A stretch of 64,000 nt of DNA from an uncultured Spirochaetia bacterium (GTDB lineage: Bacteria > Spirochaetota > UBA4802 > UBA5368). Below, piece by piece: positions 1-8,773 of the stretch (position 1 is the stretch's first letter; each line of letters starts with the position of its first letter). A program made the position numbers and the translations under genes. Below the pieces are notes generated by a model. That model had not been told where the DNA came from. It saw nothing but the letters and a program-made list of their open reading frames with translations, and did not search any database. Where the stretch lies: positions 2,039 through 66,038 of the forward strand of contig CALEGE010000009.1 of NCBI GenBank assembly GCA_937877025.1, read 5' to 3'.

Positions 1-2
1 GG

Positions 3-1034
3 GCGAAGCTGCTTTTGCCGATTAAATCGGACGGCTACGGCCACGGCGCGGTGGAGATATCACGGTTTGTGCAGGAGCGCGGGCTTGTCGACATGTTTGG
101 CGTTGCGACGATCATCGAGGGCAGGGAACTGAGGGACGCCGGCATCACCCTCCCGATACTGAACCTCGGGCTTATTCTCCCCGACGATGAAAGCATTGAC
201 ATGGTGATTGCGCAGAATATAACGCAGACGGTCGCCGACATGTCCCTCGCCGCGGCGATTTCAGCGCGCGCGGGAATGCTGCATAAAGCGGCGAGGCTCC
301 ACCTTAAGGTCGATACGGGGATGGGCCGTATAGGATGTCCCATTGAGTCGGCGGCGGATGTCGCGGAGGATATTTCTCGGTTGCCGAATGTGCAGCTCGA
401 AGGACTGTTTTCGCATTTTCCGGTATCGGATGACACGGGCTCCGATTTTACGGCACGGCAGATAGAGGCGTTTAAGGGCATTGTTCGCGAGTGCGAGGCG
501 CGCGGCGTTCGAATCCCGCTGAAGCACCTCGCCAACAGTACCGGCCTTTTATATTATCCCGAATCGCATCTCGATATGGTGCGTCCCGGAATCATGGCGT
601 ACGGCTATTACCCCTCGCCGGAATGTCGGCGTAAAATAAAATTATGCCCCTCGATGACGCTGAAGAGCACCGTCGTGTTCTCGAAGCGCGTGAAGGCGGG
701 CACCCCGCTGTCGTATGGCCTGACATACCGCGCGCCGGCCGACTGTACTATCGCCACGGTGCCGGTGGGTTACGGCGACGGCTACAGCCGATTTCTCTCG
801 AACAGGGGGAGGGTGATAATACGCGGTGCTGAATATCCGGTGGTGGGCAGGGTATGCATGGACCAGCTTATGGTGAACCTCGGCGACGACGAGTACCCGG
901 TCGGCGAGGAAGTGGTCCTCTTCGGCAATGGCAGCATTACCGCCGATACCCTTGCCGAATGGATCGGCACTATCCCTTACGAGATTGTGTGCCTCATAAC
1001 CAAGCGCGTACCCCGCACCTATGTCAACGGCTAA
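3..1034 (+). CDS. alr: Alanine racemase (5' end outside the window)
   Basis: Frame is open from the window start. Motifs: IKSDGYGHG (PLP lysine), HLKVDTGMGRIG, RPGIMAYG, GYGDGY (catalytic Tyr), GRVCMDQ. Confidence 0.95.
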   Translation, partial: AKLLLPIKSDGYGHGAVEISRFVQERGLVDMFGVATIIEGRELRDAGITLPILNLGLILPDDESIDMVIAQNITQTVADMSLAAAISARAGMLHKAARLHLKVDTGMGRIGCPIESAADVAEDISRLPNVQLEGLFSHFPVSDDTGSDFTARQIEAFKGIVRECEARGVRIPLKHLANSTGLLYYPESHLDMVRPGIMAYGYYPSPECRRKIKLCPSMTLKSTVVFSKRVKAGTPLSYGLTYRAPADCTIATVPVGYGDGYSRFLSNRGRVIIRGAEYPVVGRVCMDQLMVNLGDDEYPVGEEVVLFGNGSITADTLAEWIGTIPYEIVCLITKRVPRTYVNG

Positions 1035-2008
1035 TGCGACCACTGTGACACGACGCGCTCGCGCCGGTTGATGTACTGTTCGGCGGAGAGCGCCGCGATG
1101 CATCCCTCCGCAGCCGAAATGACCACCTGCCGTATCTTTTTGCAGGTAATGTCGCCGACGGCGAAAACGCCTTCGACCGATGTCGCCATGGTTTCGCGGT
1201 TGACCCCGATACAGCCTTCCGGTGTGGTTTCCACCGCGCCGTACAGATAATCCACGACCGGCTTGTTCCCGTGCAGATAGAGGAAGACGCCGTCGACGCC
1301 GATGGATTCGTCTGGAACGCCCGCACGCGCGATGGTAATGCCCGTGACGCGGTCGTTGCCGAGAATTTCCGTTATGCGGCTTGCGGTTTTTACTCGTATC
1401 CCTGGCATGCCCGCTATTGTGTCGTGCAGTTCGCCCGGCAGTTCCTTTTCGCGGGTGATGAGGTATATCGTGTCCGCGAATTTCGCGAGCGATTCGAGCT
1501 CTTCCAGTATTTCTTCCGTTTTTCCCGCTATGGCGGCGGTTTTCCCCCCGTAAAACGGGGCATCGCAGGCGGCGCAATAGCTGACGCCCCTGCCGGTCAG
1601 CTCCACCTCGCCTTTTATCGACGCGGCGCGGCCCATCGATCCGGTCGCGATAATGACGGCTCCGGCGTCGAGCGTTTCATCCTGCGTAAATACCTGTTTT
1701 GGCGATGCATTGAAATCGACGCCATACACCTGCTTCGCAGCGAACGTCGCGCCGAAGGATTCAGCCTGACGCCGCATGATCGAAAGGAGATCGGCGCCCC
1801 TGATCGCGCCCTCGACACCGGGATAGTTTTCTATTTTATCCGCGGAGCCGAGCGCGCCCGCGGCTGCGTTTTTGTCGAGCACGAGCGTTTTCAGCTTTGC
1901 GCGGGCTGTATACAGGGCCGCGGAAAGCCCCGCTGGTCCGCCGCCGATGATGATGACATCGTACATTGATTCGCTGTTCGATTTTATCGTGGAATTCTGA
2001 TCCGCCAT
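1031..2008 (-). CDS. trxB: Thioredoxin reductase-like flavoprotein with a degenerate NADPH-binding motif
   Basis: GGGPAGLSAA FAD motif, IENYPG, GVSYCAACD (CxxC), GVFAVGD. AGKTEE replaces the GGGxxA motif. Confidence 0.85.
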   Translation of the reverse strand: MADQNSTIKSNSESMYDVIIIGGGPAGLSAALYTARAKLKTLVLDKNAAAGALGSADKIENYPGVEGAIRGADLLSIMRRQAESFGATFAAKQVYGVDFNASPKQVFTQDETLDAGAVIIATGSMGRAASIKGEVELTGRGVSYCAACDAPFYGGKTAAIAGKTEEILEELESLAKFADTIYLITREKELPGELHDTIAGMPGIRVKTASRITEILGNDRVTGITIARAGVPDESIGVDGVFLYLHGNKPVVDYLYGAVETTPEGCIGVNRETMATSVEGVFAVGDITCKKIRQVVISAAEGCIAALSAEQYINRRERVVSQWSH

Positions 2009-2195
2009 ATGCGCACCTCCTGCGTGTAATACTCAATATACTGTATTAATTTCCTGAAGGCGAGCGGACAATGCGGAAATGAGAGTGAAAACACGGCTAT
2101 CATTCACAGGCAAAGAAGATTAATCGGAGTAAAGAGTTGTATTTGGCCGCATGCCGTGTTACAATCATGCTGTCAGGGCGCATCGAACATCTTTC

Positions 2196-2221
2196 TTGAC
2201 AAACGGTGAATTGGTTATAAT
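2196..2221 (+). promoter_or_regulatory. Possible sigma70 promoter of serS
   Basis: TTGACA at 2196-2201 and TATAAT at 2216-2221. The spacer is only 14 nt, so this is uncertain. Confidence 0.3.
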
Positions 2222-2256
2222 TATGCGATTTTATATTCAGGAGTGAGGTAGACACG

Positions 2257-3516
2257 ATGATTGATCCGAAGCTTTTAAGGGATAATATCGACTATATAAA
2301 GGAACTGCTGCAAAAACGCAACATGGCAGGCGCGATCGACCTCGATGCGCTCAAAAGAATCGATGACGAACGGCGCGCGGCAATCGCGAAAACCGGCGAG
2401 TTGCGCGAAACACGCAACCGCGTGTCAAAGGAAATAGGCGGCCGCAAGTCGAAAGGCGAGGATGCGGCCGCCTTAATGAAGGAAATGGAAGGCGTCAACG
2501 CCGGCATTAAGGACCTGGACGCGCTGCAGGAGTCATTGAATACGCAGTTTAACGATATTTTGCTGTCGCTACCCAACGTGCTCGATTCGTCAGTACCTGA
2601 AGGTAAAGACGAAAACGACAACAAGGTTGTGCGCTACTGGGGCGAGAAGCCGAAATTCGATTTCGAGCCGAAGCCGCACTTTGACATCGGCGCCGAGCTT
2701 AATATCCTCGATTTCGAGCGCGGGGTGAAGCTTGCCGGCGCGCGGTTTTACGTGTACCGCGGGCTTGCGGCGCGGCTCGAACGCGCGATCATCAACTTTA
2801 TGCTCGATCTGCACACCACCGAGCACGGCTATACCGAGATCTTCGCGCCATTCATCGTGAATGACGACAGCATGATCGGCACCGGCCAGTATCCAAAATT
2901 CAAGGATGAATATTATCGCATAGAGCGCGACGGGCTGTCGCTCATCCCCACTGCCGAGGTGCCGCTCACAAACCTCTACCGCGACGAGATCCTCGAGAAA
3001 GAGCAGCTGCCCCTGTACGTTACGATGCAGTCATCCTGCTTTCGCCGTGAGGCCGGTTCTGCCGGTAAGGACACTCGCGGCCTTGTCCGTGTGCACCAGT
3101 TTCAGAAGGTGGAGCTTGTGAAGTTCGTCGAGCCGGAAACGTCCTTTGACGAGCTTGAAAAACTTGTCGCAAACGCCGAAGAGGTGCTGAGGCGCCTTAA
3201 CATCCACTACCGCGTGGTGCTCCTCTGCAGCGGCGACGTTTCGGCGTCGTCGGCCAAGACCTACGATATTGAGGTGTGGATGCCGGGGCTCGACCGCTAT
3301 GTGGAGATATCGTCGTGCTCCAATTTTCTCGATTACCAGGCGCGGCGTGCGCGCATACGGTACCGCCGCGCGAAGGGCGAGAAACCGGCGCTTGTGCACA
3401 CGCTGAACGGCTCCGGGCTCGCCGCGGGACGAACGCTCGCCGCGGTTATGGAAAACTACCAGACGGCGGACGGCGCGATCACGATACCCGACGTCCTCCG
3501 CCCGTATATGAAATAA
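2257..3516 (+). CDS. serS: Seryl-tRNA synthetase
   Basis: N-terminal coiled-coil arm, [48 protein letters not shown]. Confidence 0.98.
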   Translation: MIDPKLLRDNIDYIKELLQKRNMAGAIDLDALKRIDDERRAAIAKTGELRETRNRVSKEIGGRKSKGEDAAALMKEMEGVNAGIKDLDALQESLNTQFNDILLSLPNVLDSSVPEGKDENDNKVVRYWGEKPKFDFEPKPHFDIGAELNILDFERGVKLAGARFYVYRGLAARLERAIINFMLDLHTTEHGYTEIFAPFIVNDDSMIGTGQYPKFKDEYYRIERDGLSLIPTAEVPLTNLYRDEILEKEQLPLYVTMQSSCFRREAGSAGKDTRGLVRVHQFQKVELVKFVEPETSFDELEKLVANAEEVLRRLNIHYRVVLLCSGDVSASSAKTYDIEVWMPGLDRYVEISSCSNFLDYQARRARIRYRRAKGEKPALVHTLNGSGLAAGRTLAAVMENYQTADGAITIPDVLRPYMK

Positions 3517-3519
3517 CCG

Positions 3520-4494
3520 ATGGTCGGGATATCGGTATCGCGCCTGGACCATGTGCTGCTCCGCCAGGCTGTTTCCCTCTCGCTGGCGGCGGGCACGCCG
3601 GTTTGCGTGGAAGGCGGTTTTCGTTATATACGCGAAAATCCGGCGGTGCAGCCGCTTGTGGCAGACTGGGAAAACGCGCTTTCGCAGATGAATGCGGGGC
3701 AATTCAGCGGCGCGGGTGATGATCTGATCTTTACGCCTGGTGCTGTTCGGTATGGCAATTTTTCGTTTGTCACCGGGGCGTACTCGTCGGCCGTCGAAAT
3801 AGTGCTGCTTTTGCTGCCAGCGCTTGCGTCGCGCGAATTCCGTTCGTCGCTTACCATAAAAGGCGCGACCCATGCGTCGATTTCGCATTCAACGGATTTT
3901 GTGCGTGAAACGCTGTTTTCATACGGCGAGGAGGTGGGGATATACGCGTCGATGGCCCTGAAGCGATTCGGATTTTACGGCTCGGGGGGCGGTATTCTCG
4001 AATCGAAGATATACCCGCGGGAACCGCGGGGCGCGGAGTTACGCGACGGGCTGGCGGGCATTGAATGTGCCGGCGCGCGCGTGTATATCGCGAAGCATTC
4101 GAGCGATATCGCGAAACGGCAGAAGGAAATGCTCTGCGACAGGCTGCGCCTGCCAGACGGAAAGGTGGGCATTATCGAGGTGTTAGACACCGACGGATAT
4201 GGAAATGTAATCCAGATATACTGCGTGCACGGCTCGCGGATGATAGTAACGTACGCAATCGTCGACGCGTATTCTCATGAGGGCGAATTGATGTATAGCG
4301 GCAACTCCGCCGAACACGCCGTCGACGATGCCGTGCGACGTTACGAAAGCATGATGCGGCGCGGGAAGATGCCGGTGGAGCTTGTGCGGGAACTGATGCC
4401 GGTGTACGCGGTCGCGAACGACCGGATTACGGTCGCTCGCGATTCTGGCGTGATTGACGATACATTTCGTATTATCGACGCGATATTCGGTTAA
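3520..4494 (+). CDS. RNA 3'-terminal phosphate cyclase (RtcA)-like protein, catalytic residues missing
   Basis: Collinear RtcA motifs LRQAVSLSL, LIFTPGAVRYG, LLPAL, GAT, DFVRETL, RFGFYGSGGG, GYGN. The GEGGGQ motif and the catalytic His are absent. Confidence 0.75.
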   Translation: MVGISVSRLDHVLLRQAVSLSLAAGTPVCVEGGFRYIRENPAVQPLVADWENALSQMNAGQFSGAGDDLIFTPGAVRYGNFSFVTGAYSSAVEIVLLLLPALASREFRSSLTIKGATHASISHSTDFVRETLFSYGEEVGIYASMALKRFGFYGSGGGILESKIYPREPRGAELRDGLAGIECAGARVYIAKHSSDIAKRQKEMLCDRLRLPDGKVGIIEVLDTDGYGNVIQIYCVHGSRMIVTYAIVDAYSHEGELMYSGNSAEHAVDDAVRRYESMMRRGKMPVELVRELMPVYAVANDRITVARDSGVIDDTFRIIDAIFG

Positions 4495-4622
4495 ACGAGC
4501 GTAATTATATGCTCTTCCTTTGCGCAGGCGAGGCAGTATCGTTTTCCCTCGCGCCCGTTTTTCGAGGGAACATAGTGATGATTGAGATTATTGATTTCCA
4601 TGCCGCATTTACAGCATTTCAT
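4491..4622 (-). CDS. 43-aa CxxC...CxxC zinc-finger microprotein (not in the ORF track)
   Basis: Hand translation gives MKCCKCGMEINNLNHHYVPSKNGREGKRYCLACAKEEHIITLV*. An AGGGG SD-like site lies upstream of the ATG. Confidence 0.7.
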   Translation of the reverse strand: MKCCKCGMEINNLNHHYVPSKNGREGKRYCLACAKEEHIITLV

Positions 4623-4745
4623 GGTGGCGCCCCTGTCAGTGTAGTGTGTAGTCCTTATTACAGATATATTCGGTAATTCTGGCGGGCGGATTGAGAAAAA
4701 TCCGCCTGGTAACCTGATTATATTCTTTTGACGTGATTTAAAGTA

Positions 4746-4775
4746 TTGACTTCCAGTGGTTGAATGGTGTATTCT
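4746..4775 (+). promoter_or_regulatory. Putative sigma70 promoter
   Basis: TTGACT (4746-4751), 18-nt spacer, TATTCT (4770-4775), followed by a leader of about 240 nt before 5023. Confidence 0.4.
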
Positions 4776-4802
4776 ATAGGAACTGTTATGCGCGCGGCGG
4801 AA

Positions 4803-4950
4803 CCATCAGGGGATGCGACCATAGAAAGAGCATCTTTTATATAATGGATCAAAAGAAATCGTTTGTTTTGTTGTAATAAGTCCGGTGCTGATGGGGCACG
4901 GCCGTGGATGTGTTGTTATCCCGACAGTGCGGGCTTCTGATAGTACCGGA
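4803..4950 (+). ncRNA. Putative structured leader RNA, family not recognised
   Basis: TCCGGTGCT (4881-4889) pairs with AGTACCGGA (4942-4950), with nested stems inside. Competing pairing CCATCAG (4803-4809) with CTGATGG (4888-4894). Confidence 0.25.
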
Positions 4951-5022
4951 AAAATGAGTTTACATTAAAGTGACGGAATTTTATCATCGCGAATTATTCA
5001 GATTTCAAAAGGGAGTATATGT

Positions 5023-5304
5023 ATGGTTGAAAAGAGCACCAGAGCTAAAGTTGCAAAACCAAGAAAAAAGACTAATTTGTACAAGCTTTGCACTCAAATG
5101 AACAAACTTGCCGTCGATGCGGTCGATAAAGAGGTGGTGAAACGGTTTAAAATCCTTATTGATACAAACACCGAAGAAATTACCAAGGCGAGCCTCGATC
5201 AGATATTTTCAAATCCTCTGGACGTGAATGTAAATTCCTTTCATGAAAGCTTGCAACCCTATATCAAGCACTATATCTTCATGTGCAAGAGAAACAGCAG
5301 ATAA
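5023..5304 (+). CDS. Hypothetical protein, 93 aa
   Basis: GGGAG SD, non-overlapping ORF, followed by a hairpin. Confidence 0.7.
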   Translation: MVEKSTRAKVAKPRKKTNLYKLCTQMNKLAVDAVDKEVVKRFKILIDTNTEEITKASLDQIFSNPLDVNVNSFHESLQPYIKHYIFMCKRNSR

Positions 5305-5305
5305 A

Positions 5306-5334
5306 AATCGTCCGGGCAGCGGCCCGGATGGATT
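5306..5334 (+). terminator. GC-rich hairpin, possible terminator
   Basis: TCCGGGC-agcg-GCCCGGA extended by AATC/GATT; weak U tract. Confidence 0.4.
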
Positions 5335-5446
5335 TATTCCCGCGAATAATGCCGGATACATACCGACGACAACAAGTTTCACTGGGTGCGATGATGGTAT
5401 AACAGCCACATATGAGTGAAATAACGATACAGAGGGGGCAGGTGAT

Positions 5447-5719
5447 ATGGCAAAGCCGATAGTTTCAATAATGATCGCGTTTGCGGTACTGCTGATTGTC
5501 GTCGCAGGCGCGGCCTTTCAAAAACAGAATAAATGCCGCCGTACGGTGGAAAACGGCGCGTATGGGAAAACGCCGATGCTTGTTCAATTCTACCCGGGAA
5601 TGCCGTCTTTTAACGGGACGCCGGGCTATTCGGGTACGCCCCCGTATTTTGGCTCGCCGCAGTACAACGCTACGCCGTCATACAACGGTACGCTACAGTA
5701 TGATACCCCGTCGTATTAA
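5447..5719 (+). CDS. Small exported or membrane-anchored protein with Tyr-Gly-Thr-Pro hexapeptide repeats
   Basis: Purine-rich SD-like tract, N-terminal hydrophobic helix, then YPGMPS FNGTPG YSGTPP YFGSPQ YNATPS YNGTLQ YDTPSY. Confidence 0.7.
   Translation: MAKPIVSIMIAFAVLLIVVAGAAFQKQNKCRRTVENGAYGKTPMLVQFYPGMPSFNGTPGYSGTPPYFGSPQYNATPSYNGTLQYDTPSY
5591..5716 (+). repeat. Seven degenerate 18-nt coding tandem repeats
   Basis: Aromatic codon every sixth codon; units such as TACAACGCTACGCCGTCA and TACAACGGTACGCTACAG. Confidence 0.75.
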
Positions 5720-5774
5720 TGCCGCTGCTCGTTCGGCGGCGGCGAAGGTGAACGAAATCTTCAGGGGCCGTCCG

Positions 5775-7451
5775 ATGGTGGCCTTTTTGCTATTTCTGGC
5801 GGTGCCGCTTGTACGATTCAGCTTGATACCTGCGTTCAGTATGACGCGGTATGCGTTATGCGTAATCGTGAGCGTTTCTCTGGCCGCGTATCTCATCGCA
5901 TCGATGCGCGCCGGCCGGCCGGAGTTTTCCGTTACGGCTATCGACGCGCTGTTTTTCATGATGTATGTCGTATATCTGCTCTCATGCGTTTTTTCCCGCA
6001 ATGTATATGTTTCGTTTGCCGAAGCGATGCAGGAGCTTGTGTATCCGCTCGCATATATCCTTCTCAGGATGCTTGTCTCAGGCGAAAAGACCGGTATTAT
6101 ATTTATGTCCGCGGCGGCGTTTTGCATTACCATATCCGCTGTCGTCATGTCTGCCTGGGGGCTCGCGCAGTACTTTCTCGAATTTGACGTGCCGTCGGGT
6201 ATGAAAGCGCTTTTTAAAACGTATCATTTTCCCGTCGTTGCGTCGATGGGAAATCCCAACTTTTTGGCGGAATATCTCGTGCTTGCGCTTCCGGCGGCGG
6301 TTTCATGGATGGCATGGCGCGGCAGGTACGGCGCACTGCGCATTATCGTGGTTTTGGTCGGGTTGACGGTATATCTGACATATTCCAGACTTGCGTGGTT
6401 TGCCCTTGCCGTATGCATGATTGCCATAATCGCCGCCGCTCCGTGGAAAAAACGGCTGAAGATCGGCGGTTCTTTTCTGCTGCTGATATGTGTCACCGGC
6501 GCGTTTTTTGCCCATCATTATACGTCGGGTTCCACGAAATCGGAAAGAATCATAAGAAGCTTCGATATGTCCGATGCCGCGCCGTTGTTCGAGCGGCGCG
6601 TGATATACAGATCAGCGCTTGCCATGGTTGAGGACGCAGGCATATTCGGGATGGGGCCCGGCATGTTTGGCTACAGGTATCTTGCGTACCAGGGAGACTA
6701 TATCCGGGCAAACAACAACAAGTCGTCGCGCCATCATTGCGTGGACCTCGATCATGCGCATAACGATTATATGGAAATTGTCGTTGATTCGGGATACCTC
6801 GCGGTTGCGCTGTACATTGCGTTGATCATTGCCGCGGGCGCTGCGGGTCTGCGGGCCGTTCGCAAAGGAAAAACGGACGAGCCGCTTTTTTATATGTATA
6901 TTTCACCGCTTCTTTTCGCGTTATTCTCATGCTGGTCGTTCCCGTTCTACCTTCCGAACAGTAAGATGCTGCTTGTGCTCGCCCTGGCGCTCGCGGCCGG
7001 GCACTCTGCCGTACTGAAACCCATACGGGTATCGGGACGAATCATACCAATTGCGCTTATTGTCGTGATTGTTGTCACGTGCTGTTATAGCACGAGAAAC
7101 GCGGTGTCGATATACCACTATAATCGAGGCTTGCGCTATTTCAGGTCAGATTTCGACAGGGCGTCGTTGCATTTTGCGCGAGGTATACAGGCATATCCTT
7201 TTAACGGCTACAACTATCTGTCCATGGGAGCGCTGCTGCTGAACCAAAAAAAGAGCATGGGATTGCGGTATCTGCGGGAATCGCTGCGGTATATGGACAA
7301 TTCTACGATATATCTCAATATCGCGCGAGGGTATCGCGAACACGGACGCATCGAACTCGCGAAGGCGTGGTACAAAAAGCTTGTCGATATGCGCCCCGAT
7401 ATCCGCCGGGCGTACTGGGAATACAGAGAAATTATTGACAGGGGGCGATGA
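5775..7451 (+). CDS. O-antigen ligase / O-oligosaccharyltransferase family (Wzy_C) membrane protein with C-terminal TPR-like region
   Basis: Many TM helices, GNPNFLAEYL, TYSRLAW, GMGPGMF, HAHNDYME. Start chosen at ATG 5775; the frame is open upstream to 5496. Confidence 0.85.
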   Translation: MVAFLLFLAVPLVRFSLIPAFSMTRYALCVIVSVSLAAYLIASMRAGRPEFSVTAIDALFFMMYVVYLLSCVFSRNVYVSFAEAMQELVYPLAYILLRMLVSGEKTGIIFMSAAAFCITISAVVMSAWGLAQYFLEFDVPSGMKALFKTYHFPVVASMGNPNFLAEYLVLALPAAVSWMAWRGRYGALRIIVVLVGLTVYLTYSRLAWFALAVCMIAIIAAAPWKKRLKIGGSFLLLICVTGAFFAHHYTSGSTKSERIIRSFDMSDAAPLFERRVIYRSALAMVEDAGIFGMGPGMFGYRYLAYQGDYIRANNNKSSRHHCVDLDHAHNDYMEIVVDSGYLAVALYIALIIAAGAAGLRAVRKGKTDEPLFYMYISPLLFALFSCWSFPFYLPNSKMLLVLALALAAGHSAVLKPIRVSGRIIPIALIVVIVVTCCYSTRNAVSIYHYNRGLRYFRSDFDRASLHFARGIQAYPFNGYNYLSMGALLLNQKKSMGLRYLRESLRYMDNSTIYLNIARGYREHGRIELAKAWYKKLVDMRPDIRRAYWEYREIIDRGR

Positions 7452-7470
7452 TGTGGTGGATATGTATATC

Positions 7471-7716
7471 ATGAATATTCATATAAAAACATTCGCCTCT
7501 GTCAGAGATATTTGCGGCTTCGACAACATTACGATGGAGCTTCCCGACGGAGCTTCCGTGAAGGATGCCGTGAGCTGTCTCTCGGAAAAGAATCCTGAAC
7601 TTGGGACAAAAATCGACATTCTGCTTTTCGCGATAAACGAAGAATACCGCGCTGTTGACGCCCGGTTGCAGGATAACGATGTGCTGGCAATTTTTCCGCC
7701 GGTGAGCGGCGGGTAA
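7471..7716 (+). CDS. moaD: Molybdopterin synthase sulfur carrier subunit (MoaD/ThiS family)
   Basis: FASVRD, AINEEY, C-terminal FPPVSGG, adjacent to moaE. Confidence 0.92.
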   Translation: MNIHIKTFASVRDICGFDNITMELPDGASVKDAVSCLSEKNPELGTKIDILLFAINEEYRAVDARLQDNDVLAIFPPVSGG

Positions 7717-7732
7717 TCCGGGAAAGCAGCCA

Positions 7733-8149
7733 ATGAAAATAGTCCAGATGCAAAAAGAACCGATTGATGTCACCGGCCTGCTGCATAAATCGGGAACAGT
7801 GGAAGACGGCGCAATCCTGACATTCATCGGGACGGCCAGAAAAAACTCCATGGGCCGGGAGGTGCACTATCTTCACTATGATGTCTATGAAGACATGGCG
7901 ATGCGCGAGCTTGATAAAATAGTAAAGCATGCCGTTGAAACATGGCCGCTGACAAACTGTATCGTTATTCACCGTTATGGAAGGGTCAATATCGGGGAGG
8001 CGAGCGTGTTTATCGCCGTGTCGGTAAAGCACCGGGAGGAGGGTTTTGCCGCTCTCAGATATATCATCGATACGATTAAAAAGACGGTACCCATTTGGAA
8101 AAAGGAGCATTATGCCGACGGCTCCGTGTGGGTGTCAGAGCGCCCCTGA
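7733..8149 (+). CDS. moaE: Molybdopterin synthase catalytic subunit
   Basis: GAILTFIGTAR, HRYGRV, HREEGF, LKKTVP-like IKKTVPIWKKE. Confidence 0.95.
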   Translation: MKIVQMQKEPIDVTGLLHKSGTVEDGAILTFIGTARKNSMGREVHYLHYDVYEDMAMRELDKIVKHAVETWPLTNCIVIHRYGRVNIGEASVFIAVSVKHREEGFAALRYIIDTIKKTVPIWKKEHYADGSVWVSERP

Positions 8150-8154
8150 CAGGG

Positions 8155-8544
8155 TTATGCGGAGAATTTTTCCGCTATTGTGGCGTGCAGCATTTTCGCG
8201 TTGGTATAAAACTTCTCCGCCTCTTCCCGTGTGGCGACCGCGTCCCGTACGGATTCCACACTGTCTCGGCAGGTTTTCGCTTCGCGTAAAATGCCGATTA
8301 TATCGACTCCCGTCCATCCCGCCGGTTCATAGTACGATTCCACAAGCTCAAGTATGCGGTCATGATCGTCCGAATCGCTGCCGTTTTGAATGAGAAGGAC
8401 GCGGACCGAATAGAACATGGAAAGATACGAACACAGAACCGAGTCGTTGTACATCCCCTTTTCGAGCATAATCGCCGCAAGCTCGAGCTTCTCCCTGCTC
8501 TGGGAGAGCCTGAAATTTATTTTGTTTTCGATTTCGTTTTCCAT
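8155..8544 (-). CDS. HEPN domain protein, orphan and degenerate
   Basis: Matches the HEPN pattern A.imLekG.Y..sv..sYlsmFysvrvLL...g....dH and ends EEAEKFYTNAK. Start chosen at ATG 8544. Confidence 0.7.
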   Translation of the reverse strand: MENEIENKINFRLSQSREKLELAAIMLEKGMYNDSVLCSYLSMFYSVRVLLIQNGSDSDDHDRILELVESYYEPAGWTGVDIIGILREAKTCRDSVESVRDAVATREEAEKFYTNAKMLHATIAEKFSA

Positions 8545-8773
8545 TATACATGCTCGTCCCGACTGTGCGTTCACCCGGACCTGCGTGGTATCGGCATGCA
8601 TGTGCGATATGCCGAAATTAGCCGCCGAGCATGAATAAGGATTACATGCGCGGCATGGTATAACTTCAAGCATTTTTTTGGAATATGCGGCGGTAAAAAA
8701 TTGGTTTACGCAACCACGCGATTATGATACGCATGCCCCAATTATCAAAATGGACGGTTTTTGTGGGCGGAAA

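Noticed and set aside
2009-2256. T-box or attenuator upstream of serS
   Set aside because: No T-box consensus or terminator, and the promoter-like site leaves only a very short leader.
5591-5716. CRISPR-like array or RiPP biosynthetic cluster
   Set aside because: The repeats are degenerate, contiguous and codon-phased with no spacers. No cas or recognisable RiPP maturase genes are nearby.
5496-5774. N-terminal extension of the O-antigen ligase, overlapping the repeat protein as dual coding
   Set aside because: The extension is Arg-rich and motif-free, a better start with an SD-like site lies at 5775, and the repeat frame has the coherent signal.
7471-8544. Ubiquitin-like conjugation or defence system (ThiS-like protein + HEPN)
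   Set aside because: The MoaD-MoaE pair is ordinary molybdopterin synthase, no E1, E2 or JAB genes are present, and the HEPN gene is on the opposite strand.
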